The notes beneath the pieces are model-generated. The model saw only the letters and a program-made list of their open reading frames with translations. It did no database searches and had not been told where the DNA came from. From NCBI GenBank assembly GCA_964558395.1, contig CAZLDS010000006.1, positions 18,402-82,401 on the forward strand: DNA of 64,000 nt, written 5' to 3'. Shown here piece after piece: positions 56,326 through 64,000 of this stretch. Both the position numbers and the translations under genes were made by a program. The stretch comes from an uncultured bacterium (GTDB lineage Bacteria > Methylomirabilota > Methylomirabilia > Methylomirabilales > CSP1-5). Position 1 is the first letter of the stretch; the number at the start of each line of letters is the position of its first letter.

Positions 56326-56861
56326 TCAGAGTAAACCTCCTGCCCAGGGTTGGCCGCACCACGGCTTCCCGCGACTGGCAGTCGATGGCCGGTGGGGCGG
56401 GCGCGGCCTTCCTAGTGGTGGCAATGCTGTATATGTGGTGGAGTGTCTCCGGCCAGGCACGGACCCTTGAGGGACGAATCATAACAATGCAAGCAGAGAT
56501 CAAGAAGCTGGAGTCAGTGGCGCAAAAGGTTGATCAGTATAAAGCCGACAAGAAGAAATTGGAGGAGCGCCTCAAGGTAATCCAAAGACTGCTGGCCTCC
56601 CAGAGTGTCCCGGTGCACCTCCTCCAGGCGCTCAACGATGAACTCCCGGACGAGGTGTGGCTGAACGCGGTGACCAAGACTGGCGGCAGGCTTGTGATAC
56701 GCGGGTATTCCTTCACCGATTTTGGGATCGCCAATTTTATGACCCGCCTAGGTCAGGCTGCCCCGCTCTTTACAAATGTGGAACTTGTCGTCTCGGAGCA
56801 GGCCGAGGTTCAAAAGGTACCGCTAAAGAAGTTTGAGATTGTCTGCAGGGTAGTGGGTTGA
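56322..56861 (+). CDS. pilN: type IV pilus assembly protein PilN
   Basis: 179 aa. MIRVNLLP N-terminus, single TM segment, coiled coil. Confidence 0.85.
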   Translation: MIRVNLLPRVGRTTASRDWQSMAGGAGAAFLVVAMLYMWWSVSGQARTLEGRIITMQAEIKKLESVAQKVDQYKADKKKLEERLKVIQRLLASQSVPVHLLQALNDELPDEVWLNAVTKTGGRLVIRGYSFTDFGIANFMTRLGQAAPLFTNVELVVSEQAEVQKVPLKKFEIVCRVVG

Positions 56862-56873
56862 TCCGTTAGGGAG

Positions 56874-57524
56874 ATGGCGATGGATGTGAAAGGGCTGTTT
56901 GCCAATACGCCAAAGCCGCAGTTATACTTGCTGCTCGGGCTCGTGGGGCTGGGTGTTGCGGCCGGGTGGTGGTATTATCTGTATACGCCCGCCCGTGCGC
57001 GCCGGGACCAGCTCATGGGGGAAGTAGCGCGCCTTCAGCAGGACCTCTTTCAGAAGCAGCGAATTGCGCAGGAGCTTCCGAAGCTAGAAGCCGCCCGGGC
57101 GGCCCTGAACAAAGACCTCCAGGAGGCCCTGCGTCGCCTTCCCGAACAGAAGGAGATTCCGCACCTCCTCACACAGATCAACCGTCTCGGGCAAGATGCG
57201 GGTCTGGCGTTTAGTCTATTCAAACCTGAGAAGCCCAGTGAAGATGAATTCTATACGCGGGTTCCCATTCGGATTAGGGCAGCGGGGACCTACCACTCAT
57301 TAGGACGGTTTTTTGAAGAGTTGGGTCGGATGGAGCGTATCGTCAATATAACCGATCTGAAGCTCGACCCGGCTTCGAGTAAGATCCGAAATCAACAAAT
57401 GCCAACAGACGCGACTATCACTGGAGAATTCACCGCCATGACCTTCACCTTTGGGGGGTTGGCAGATAGACCCCCAGAGGAGCGGGCCAAAGGGTCACAA
57501 AGGGGTAAAGGGTCGCAAAGATGA
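56874..57524 (+). CDS. pilO: type IV pilus assembly protein PilO
   Basis: 216 aa. TM segment, then coiled coil, then a ferredoxin-like domain (RVPIRIRAAGTYHSLGRFFEEL). Confidence 0.85.
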   Translation: MAMDVKGLFANTPKPQLYLLLGLVGLGVAAGWWYYLYTPARARRDQLMGEVARLQQDLFQKQRIAQELPKLEAARAALNKDLQEALRRLPEQKEIPHLLTQINRLGQDAGLAFSLFKPEKPSEDEFYTRVPIRIRAAGTYHSLGRFFEELGRMERIVNITDLKLDPASSKIRNQQMPTDATITGEFTAMTFTFGGLADRPPEERAKGSQRGKGSQR

Positions 57525-58015
57525 GGCGTCTTGCCCGCGGTTGCCTCCTTGTCAGTCTGGTGTGGGCAGGTTGCTCTTCGGAGGCTCCCGCTCCGTCGCA
57601 AACTCCGCGCCAACCACCTCAGCAGCAGGTGGCGAAGGCGCCGGCCCCAGGGCAGAAGGCTGCCGCACCCGAGGGGCCCCCGGTCAATCTTGGCCCCACA
57701 AAGTATGATCCAGAAGGGCGGCGGGACCCCTTTCACCCGCTTGTGGAGCCCCCGAAGGAAGAGACGGCGCTGGACGTCGCCGGCTATAAGCTTTCGGGAA
57801 TTGTCTGGCAACAGAAACAGTATTTTGCACTGCTTGAGACGCCCGACGGTATCGGACATATCATGAAGGTAAACGATAAGCTAGGCCCCAACGCCCGAGT
57901 GAAGTCGATTACCAAGAATGCCGTCGTCATTGAGATGAAGGAAACGGGACCGGTGGACCAAGGGAAGTTCCGGACCATTCGACTTGAGCTGCAGACAAAA
58001 GATGACAAAAGATAA
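57521..58015 (+). CDS. pilP: type IV pilus assembly lipoprotein PilP
   Basis: 164 aa. Lipobox LVWAGCS, Pro-rich linker, RDPFHP motif, beta domain. Confidence 0.8.
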   Translation: MRRLARGCLLVSLVWAGCSSEAPAPSQTPRQPPQQQVAKAPAPGQKAAAPEGPPVNLGPTKYDPEGRRDPFHPLVEPPKEETALDVAGYKLSGIVWQQKQYFALLETPDGIGHIMKVNDKLGPNARVKSITKNAVVIEMKETGPVDQGKFRTIRLELQTKDDKR

Positions 58016-58030
58016 AGATAAGGAGGGGAG

Positions 58031-60382
58031 ATGATGGGGCGGGCAAGAACCTCCGTGATTCCGCGGTGGGCCGCAGGGGTTTTGGCGGGAGTAGTTGCGG
58101 TTTCATGGATAATGCTGTTGACCGTATGGGTCCCGCCCGCGAGAGCGGCAACGGATGCCTCTTTACCGGGATCGGGTGCGCCCGGAGTTGCACCAGCGGC
58201 CGCTGCTGGCATCGCATCTGCCGAGCCCAATCGGGTGACGGGGGTCGAGCTGAGCGGTGTCGGTCCGATGTCGGCCACGGTTGTTGTCAAGACAGACCTC
58301 CCCGTGGAAAGCTACGATTCGTTTCTCTTGCCGGATCCCCCCCGACTGGTGATCGACATTCCGAATGCGGTACACGCCGCCCCCAAGGCATTGGAAGCCC
58401 AGGGCCCGATCACGGGAATCCGGACATCCCAGTACAAGACTACACCCGTGAAGGTGGTTCGGATTGTCCTCGATCTGAGCTCTACATTGCCGTATCAGGT
58501 ACAGGCTGCTCCCGATCGGTTGCAGGTTTTGATCGGTGAGGCAGCGGCCGAGGCTCCGACCGTGGCAGCCCCGCCCAAGACCGGAGAGACACCAACCCAG
58601 GCGCCGGCACCCTTACCGGCGGCCGCCATCCAAACACAGGTCGAGAGCGTCGATTATCGACCCCATGATGGGCAACCAGAGATTTTTATTCGAACCAGCG
58701 GGGGGCGGGTCACGGTTAACGTATCGGAAGTGAGCACCCCGCCCGGCCTCATCCTGGATGTGAGCGGGGCGGTGATCAGCCCGGAGGCGGCCAAGATTCT
58801 CGACGTCAGGCAAGTCCCCGGGCCAGTCGAACGGATTCGGGCAGCCCAGCATCGTCTGGAACCCGATAAGGTCGTGCGTATCGTGGCGGATCTTAAAGGG
58901 AAGGTCCTTTTCGACGTGTCTCAGGCTCCGGACGGGATTCACTTGGCCCTCAAGACCGCGCCTGCCGTCGCTGCGGCTCCCGCAGCGCCGGCCGGGCCCC
59001 AACCCCAGGAGAAACCCATTGTGCCGGTGGCGCCGCCAGCGGCGGCCCCCCCGCCTCCGGAGGCACGAACGCCGAAGCCCGTCCTGAAAAAAGAAGTCCC
59101 ACGGCTCTCCATGGACTTCAAGGATGCGGACATCAATAATCTCCTGCGCATTATTGCAGAGGTGAGCGGGCAGAACATTGTGTCGGGAGAGCAGGTCAAG
59201 GGGAAGGTCACCGTGCGTCTGGTGGATGTTCCCTGGGATGTTGCACTCGACAATATCCTCCGGATCAATGGGTTTGGTTTCGTCCGGGAGGCCAACATCA
59301 TCCGCGTGGCCAAACTCGATGAAATTCGCAAGGAGCAGGAGAGCCGTCGGAAAGAGCAACAGCTGATAGAGGAAGGATCATTAGAGCCCCTCACGACCGC
59401 TGTGCTCAAGGTCAATTACGCAGATCCCAAAGCGGTCGTGCAAAATCTGACCAAGGTGCAGAGTAAGCGGGGTTCCATTTCAGTCGATGAGCGGACGGCG
59501 TCGCTTCTCGTCCGGGATACGGCATCCAACATTGCGCAGATGCGGAAGATTTTGGAGGACCTGGACCGGGCGACTGCCCAGGTGATGATTGAGGGCCGGA
59601 TCGTTACGGTTTCGACGAGGCACAGCCGTTCACTTGGCATTCAGTGGGGCTTCCAAAAGTCGAACACCAGCGCGGACCCTGGGAGCAAATTCATTGTCTC
59701 GGATATCTTCGGCACCACGGGAGCGGGACTTCCCCAACCGAGTGAGCCGACAGGCCCCATAAATGGCTCCATCCCGGCTGCAGTCAACCTGCCAGTCGCC
59801 GGGCCGGCTGGGGCCATCGGGATCATTTTTGGGAGCGTGGCCGACCAGCTGCGGTTCAATGCCTCGCTGACGGCACTCGAGAATCAATCGCTGGCCCGTA
59901 CGCTCTCGACGCCACGGATCGTGGCCCTCGATAATCAAGAGGCGGAAATCAAGCAAGGGGAAGATGTGCCCTTTACCACTGTCGACTCCTCGGGCCGGAC
60001 AACGGTCACATTCGAAGAAGCCGTCCTCAGTCTGAAGGTGACACCCCACGTCACTAACGACAGGCGAATCTCGCTGAAAGTCAGAGCCACCGATGACTCC
60101 AGGGGAGAGCGCATCGATTTTGCCGGAGGCTTTGCCTTTCCCTTCAATCGAAATGAGGCGACGAGCAGCCTTTTGATTGATAACGGCGCGACCGTGGTCA
60201 TCGGCGGGGTGCGAAAGAGGACCGAGACCATTACCGAAGAAAGGGTACCCTTCCTCGGCACGATCCCGGTCCTGGGATGGCTCTTCAAGAGGCGAAGCGA
60301 GACTCTTCAGCCGGATACTACGGAGCTATTGATCTTCGTCACACCGACGATCATCGAAGGGGTCCCTCAGGCCCAGCGCTAG
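58031..60382 (+). CDS. pilQ: type IV pilus secretin PilQ (with N-terminal AMIN domains)
   Basis: 783 aa. Two AMIN-like repeats (PPRLVIDIPNA / PPGLILDVSGA), Ala/Pro linkers, secretin core (VPFLGTIPVLGWLF..LLIFVTP). Confidence 0.9.
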   Translation: MMGRARTSVIPRWAAGVLAGVVAVSWIMLLTVWVPPARAATDASLPGSGAPGVAPAAAAGIASAEPNRVTGVELSGVGPMSATVVVKTDLPVESYDSFLLPDPPRLVIDIPNAVHAAPKALEAQGPITGIRTSQYKTTPVKVVRIVLDLSSTLPYQVQAAPDRLQVLIGEAAAEAPTVAAPPKTGETPTQAPAPLPAAAIQTQVESVDYRPHDGQPEIFIRTSGGRVTVNVSEVSTPPGLILDVSGAVISPEAAKILDVRQVPGPVERIRAAQHRLEPDKVVRIVADLKGKVLFDVSQAPDGIHLALKTAPAVAAAPAAPAGPQPQEKPIVPVAPPAAAPPPPEARTPKPVLKKEVPRLSMDFKDADINNLLRIIAEVSGQNIVSGEQVKGKVTVRLVDVPWDVALDNILRINGFGFVREANIIRVAKLDEIRKEQESRRKEQQLIEEGSLEPLTTAVLKVNYADPKAVVQNLTKVQSKRGSISVDERTASLLVRDTASNIAQMRKILEDLDRATAQVMIEGRIVTVSTRHSRSLGIQWGFQKSNTSADPGSKFIVSDIFGTTGAGLPQPSEPTGPINGSIPAAVNLPVAGPAGAIGIIFGSVADQLRFNASLTALENQSLARTLSTPRIVALDNQEAEIKQGEDVPFTTVDSSGRTTVTFEEAVLSLKVTPHVTNDRRISLKVRATDDSRGERIDFAGGFAFPFNRNEATSSLLIDNGATVVIGGVRKRTETITEERVPFLGTIPVLGWLFKRRSETLQPDTTELLIFVTPTIIEGVPQAQR

Positions 60383-60405
60383 TGAGGCATCTGTTCCTTC
60401 CACCG

Positions 60406-60440
60406 AGAAACGCACCCCCGCCGGGTGCGTTTCTGCTTTT
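60406..60440 (+). terminator. strong rho-independent terminator after pilQ
   Basis: Perfect 12-bp stem AGAAACGCACCC (60406-60417) / GGGTGCGTTTCT (60423-60434), 5-nt loop, then GCTTTT. Confidence 0.8.
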
Positions 60441-60486
60441 CCTACCGGCATTTTTCCGCTACCATACCGAGAAGGAGGTATAAGAA

Positions 60487-61239
60487 ATGTCGTCTATCCG
60501 TCCTATTCGAATGCTGACGATCCTGGTCCTCGGGCTGAGCCTGACGCTGCGACCAGGGACGGCCATCGCTTCCAAGCTTATCCTGGCTCTGGGAGATGCT
60601 TCCTACCTTTCTCCTGCAAGCGTCAAGGACTGGACCGGGGCTGACGTCGAATTGGTGCTCGGGGAGTATGAGGTCAACGAGTTTGCGGTCGTCATCTTCT
60701 CGAACATTTCCTACGCTGCAATACCCGAGCCCGCGCGGCAGGGCCTCGCCGACTTCCTCGGCAGTGGGGGGTCTCTTTTGATCACCGGTGGGCCGAACGC
60801 GTACGGGAGTGGAGCATACCAGCCGATTGCGGATATCCTCCCCTTTAAGATCTACGCCGAGCAAGACTGGCGCGCCCACCCCTTCAAAGCGGTGATCCCC
60901 CTTCAGCCGGAAAATCCGATCCTGCAGGGGGTGACCTTTCGGACCATCGGGAACTTCAATGATCTCAATCCAAAGGCAGGCGCAGTGGAACTTGGCCGGT
61001 ACGCTGGCGGGCGGGTTGTCGGAGGCTTCGGTGCGGGGGCGGTCTACCAATCCCCGCTGATCGCCGAACAGACGGTCGGATCGGGAACCGTGGTCGGCAT
61101 TGCCTTCGACCTGGGGCAAGAACTGCAGAGCGGCTGGGCTGACGGGAACCTATTTCTCCAGAACCTTCTCACGTATCTGGTGTCCCGCTCCCCGCTCGAA
61201 CCTCACCCGAAAGAGGAAGGGAAAGGGGGGAGAAGGTAG
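60487..61239 (+). CDS. secreted hypothetical protein, possibly class-I glutamine-amidotransferase-like (ThuA/DUF1355-like) fold
   Basis: 250 aa. Strong SD GAAGGAGG. Signal peptide MLTILVLGLSLTLRPGTAIA. FAVVIFSNISY..LADFLGSGGSLLITGG pattern. The fold call is from memory only. Confidence 0.5.
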   Translation: MSSIRPIRMLTILVLGLSLTLRPGTAIASKLILALGDASYLSPASVKDWTGADVELVLGEYEVNEFAVVIFSNISYAAIPEPARQGLADFLGSGGSLLITGGPNAYGSGAYQPIADILPFKIYAEQDWRAHPFKAVIPLQPENPILQGVTFRTIGNFNDLNPKAGAVELGRYAGGRVVGGFGAGAVYQSPLIAEQTVGSGTVVGIAFDLGQELQSGWADGNLFLQNLLTYLVSRSPLEPHPKEEGKGGRR

Positions 61240-61249
61240 GAGATTGGAC

Positions 61250-62434
61250 GTGTTGCGGTATCTCACAGCAGGCGAGTCCCATGGCCCTTCCCTCACGGCG
61301 ATTTTGGAGGGGATTCCGGCCCGTTTGCCGCTGAACCCCAAGGATATCGACGCTGAACTCAGCCGACGGCAGATGGGATACGGGCGTGGCGGGCGCATGA
61401 AGATCGAACAGGACCGGGTCCTGATCACGGCGGGCGTCCGACACGGCTTCACCTTGGGTTCCCCCATTGCCCTCGTCATCACCAATCGGGACTTTGCCAA
61501 TTGGCAGGAGACGATGGCGCTTGAGGCGGAGGCGAGAGCCCGAGATACCCGCCCACCCCTCACACGGCCCCGGCCGGGTCATGCGGACCTTGTGGGTGCC
61601 ATCAAGTATGGACATCGGGATATTCGCAACGTCCTGGAACGTGCGAGCGCTCGGGAAACCACCGCTCGCGTGGCTGTCGGAGCGGTGTGTAAGAGCCTCC
61701 TTCGGGAATTCGGCATCTCGGTGCTGAGCCATGTGGTGGAGATCGGTGAGGTCCAGGCGAGGGTGGGCGGTCTCTCCCCCGAGCAGATCCGTGCGGCAGC
61801 CGAGGCCTCCCCCGTTCGGTGCGCGGACCGGGAGGCCACCGAGGCGATGGTCGCGCGTATCGACGAAGCCAGACGGCACAAGACGACGTTGGGCGGGGTT
61901 TTCGAGGTTATCGTCGAAAGGGTCCCCGTCGGTATAGGAAGCTACATCCAGTGGGACCAAAAGCTTGACGCGCGGCTGGCACGGGCCGTGATGAGTATCC
62001 AAGCCATTAAGGGGGTGGAGGTGGGCCTCGGCTTTACGGTGGCGAGACGCTTCGGGTTCGAGGCCCACGATGAGATCTTTTACGACCGTGAACGGCAGGG
62101 ACCCCATGGACTGAAGTTTTATCGAAAGACCAATCACGCTGGGGGGTTGGAGGGGGGAGTGACCAACGGCGAGCCGATTCTCGTCCGCGCAGCCATGAAG
62201 CCCCTCTCAACCCAGTATGCCCCCCTGCGCTCCGTGGACCTGGAGACGAAGGAGCCGTTCGAGGCCAGCGTGGAACGCTCGGACGTCTGCGCCGTGCCGG
62301 CCGCCGGGGTCATTGGAGAGGCCGTGGTGGCCTTCGAAGTAACAGCTGCGCTGCGCGAGAAGTTCGGCGGCGATAGTCTCGAAGAAATGCGGCGGAACTT
62401 TGATGCCTATACGCGGTATGTTCAGGACCTCTGA
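61250..62434 (+). CDS. aroC: chorismate synthase
   Basis: GTG at 61250 after AGGTAGGAG gives VLRYLTAGESHGPSLTAILEG. The listed ORF start at 61100 overlaps the previous gene. GRSSARET-like RASARETTARVA motif. Confidence 0.9.
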   Translation: MLRYLTAGESHGPSLTAILEGIPARLPLNPKDIDAELSRRQMGYGRGGRMKIEQDRVLITAGVRHGFTLGSPIALVITNRDFANWQETMALEAEARARDTRPPLTRPRPGHADLVGAIKYGHRDIRNVLERASARETTARVAVGAVCKSLLREFGISVLSHVVEIGEVQARVGGLSPEQIRAAAEASPVRCADREATEAMVARIDEARRHKTTLGGVFEVIVERVPVGIGSYIQWDQKLDARLARAVMSIQAIKGVEVGLGFTVARRFGFEAHDEIFYDRERQGPHGLKFYRKTNHAGGLEGGVTNGEPILVRAAMKPLSTQYAPLRSVDLETKEPFEASVERSDVCAVPAAGVIGEAVVAFEVTAALREKFGGDSLEEMRRNFDAYTRYVQDL

Positions 62435-62460
62435 AGGGTCGAGAAGGTGGAGGGGCCAGC

Positions 62461-62982
62461 GTGGGAAACATTGTGCTCACCGGCATGATGGGGACCGGAA
62501 AGACAGTGGTGGGCCGCTACCTGGCGGAGCAGCTCAAGATCGCGTTTTACGATCTCGATGAGCTGATCGAACAAGAATCCGGTCTCGACATCCCCACGAT
62601 CTTTCGCGAGCAAGGTGAGGCGGTCTTTCGGGCACTCGAACGAGAGACGGTCGCCCGTCTCTGCGAGATCCAAGGATGTGTCATCGCAACTGGCGGCGGG
62701 ACGATTGTGAACCCTGAAAACCTCCGCCGTCTCCGCAAGCACGGGGAGATCATTTGTCTGACAGCGGCACCGGAACGCATTTTGGAGCGCGTAGAGAGAA
62801 TGGAGCACCGTCCCCTGCTGTGGCACAGAGACAGACTGGAACGGATCCGGGAAGTGACGCAAGGGCGGGCTGCGGTATATGCCCAAGTCGGCGAACCCAT
62901 TGACACCACCGATTTGAGTGTTGAACAGGTTGCTGCGAGAGTCCTGTCGCGCGTCGATCTCCACGAGGTCCTCAGTAGGTAG
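62461..62982 (+). CDS. aroK: shikimate kinase
   Basis: 173 aa. LTGMMGTGKTVVGR P-loop, FRALERE, ATGGG. Confidence 0.88.
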   Translation: MGNIVLTGMMGTGKTVVGRYLAEQLKIAFYDLDELIEQESGLDIPTIFREQGEAVFRALERETVARLCEIQGCVIATGGGTIVNPENLRRLRKHGEIICLTAAPERILERVERMEHRPLLWHRDRLERIREVTQGRAAVYAQVGEPIDTTDLSVEQVAARVLSRVDLHEVLSR

Positions 62983-62985
62983 GCG

Positions 62986-64000
62986 ATGGAGAAGGTGACG
63001 GTCCATCTGCAAGAACGGAGCTACCCGATCTATATCGGAGCGGAGGTCCTCCCGGCGATCGGGGACCTGAGTCGATCACTCGGCCTCTCAGGGCGAGGCG
63101 CACTGATCACCAACCCTGTTGTGGGTTCCTTATACAGTCAGTATATCCTCTCTTCCTTTGAAGAAAACGGTATCGCGTTGTCACTCCTCGAGGTCCCGGA
63201 TGGCGAGGAGTGCAAGACCCTCCAAGAGGCGGGAGCCCTGTACGACAGGCTCCTCCCTCTGGGGCTCGACCGCCGCTCGCCGATCGTGGCCCTCGGGGGA
63301 GGGGTGATTGGGGATCTGGCCGGGTTTGTAGCTGCCACCTTCATGAGAGGCCTCCCCTTGATTCAGGTTCCCACCAGTGTGGTGGCGCAGGTCGATAGCA
63401 GCGTCGGGGGAAAGGTAGGGGTCAACCTGCCTCAGGCGAAAAACATGCTGGGGGCCTTCTACCAACCGTGCGTCGTGTTCAGCGATGTCACACTGCTTCG
63501 AACTCTCCCGGCACGGGAGTTCCGAGCGGGTTTGGCGGAGGTCGTGAAGTATGGCGTGATCGCGGATAAGGCATTCTTTGCTTGGCTCGAGGCAAATGTC
63601 GCTCCAATTTTGGCGAGGGAAGAGGGAGCGGTGATTCACAGCGTGAAGACTTCCTGCCAGATCAAGGCGACTGTCGTAGAGCGCGACGAACGGGACGAGG
63701 AGGTCCGCGCCATTTTGAACTTTGGGCATACGATAGGCCATGCCCTGGAGGCTGCCACAGGGTACAGTCGGTTCAGTCACGGTGAAGCGGTGGCCATTGG
63801 TATGGCGGCGGCGGCTCAGATCTCATACCAAATGGGATTGTGCTCGGATGAAGTCCCGATGCGGCTTCACCGCCTTCTTGGGAAGTTCGGCCTACCAACC
63901 GAACTTCCCATCGATCCAGAAATAATTGTAAAAACCTTGCGTTACGATAAGAAAGCAAGAAAAGACTTGAAGCATTTTATCTTGACAAAGGAGTTAGGGA
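62986..64000 (+). CDS. aroB: 3-dehydroquinate synthase, 3' end cut by window edge
   Basis: Absent from the ORF track because no stop falls in the window. Frame 1 from the ATG at 62986 gives MEKVTVHLQERSYPIYIG...ALGGGVIGDLAGFVAATFMRG..QVPTSVVAQVDSSVGGKVGVN...NFGHTIGHALE. Confidence 0.88.
   Translation, partial: MEKVTVHLQERSYPIYIGAEVLPAIGDLSRSLGLSGRGALITNPVVGSLYSQYILSSFEENGIALSLLEVPDGEECKTLQEAGALYDRLLPLGLDRRSPIVALGGGVIGDLAGFVAATFMRGLPLIQVPTSVVAQVDSSVGGKVGVNLPQAKNMLGAFYQPCVVFSDVTLLRTLPAREFRAGLAEVVKYGVIADKAFFAWLEANVAPILAREEGAVIHSVKTSCQIKATVVERDERDEEVRAILNFGHTIGHALEAATGYSRFSHGEAVAIGMAAAAQISYQMGLCSDEVPMRLHRLLGKFGLPTELPIDPEIIVKTLRYDKKARKDLKHFILTKELG

Noticed and set aside
1-64000. CRISPR arrays, rRNA/tRNA genes, intact transposases or IS elements, prophage structural genes.
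   Set aside because: Reading both strands found no regularly spaced repeat array, no rRNA- or tRNA-like sequence and no DDE or HUH transposase motif. The only mobile-element trace is the recombinase remnant at 17.1-17.45 kb.

Overview
This 64-kb window comes from a moderately GC-rich bacterial chromosome. No rRNA, tRNA or CRISPR array was found, and the lineage cannot be assigned from sequence alone. About 90% of the window is tightly packed core operons.

Plus strand, left part: rapZ (5' partial), a lipoate ligase, a TPR protein, pgsA, lysC, comEA, scpAB, the aromatic cluster pheA-hisC-DAHP synthase-tyrA, and hflX. After the island come a second CDP-alcohol phosphatidyltransferase, der, sdhCAB, sucCD, ndk, and yceD-rpmF-plsX-fabHDG-acpP-fabF.

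Minus strand: nusB-ribH-ribBA-ribE-ribD, ftsY, smc and rnc.

Plus strand, right part: trxA, a complete trpEGDCFBA operon, a GAF-GAF-HD-GYP protein coupled to a class-II cyclic-nucleotide phosphodiesterase, minor pilins (FimT/PilV/PilW/PilX-like), pilMNOPQ, a secreted orphan, and aroC-aroK-aroB (3' partial).

Several canonical sigma70-type promoters (TTGACA, 17 bp, TAnnnT) and rho-independent terminators can be read directly.

The only accessory-looking segment is about 5 kb (roughly 12.47-17.5 kb) between hflX and the pgsA-like/der locus. It is visibly AT-richer in places and looks like a decaying integrated island. It contains:
- an orphan gene on the minus strand;
- an 865-nt non-coding stretch holding an orphan promoter plus terminator (a roughly 70-nt sRNA candidate) and a structured, repeat-rich segment;
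- an intact gene fusing a SpoT/RelA-type HD (alarmone-hydrolase-like) domain to a MUG/TDG-like UDG-fold domain, bracketed by a perfect 24-bp direct repeat;
- a stub of a helicase-like N-terminus;
- a gamma-glutamylcyclotransferase-like gene broken in a C9 run;
- an AT-rich secreted orphan;
- a PP2C-like gene with an in-frame TGA;
- a tyrosine-recombinase C-terminal remnant broken in a G8 run.

The HD-UDG fusion with its flanking repeats and upstream RNA-like region is the best candidate for something undescribed. All functional readings rest on motif recognition and need searches to confirm.
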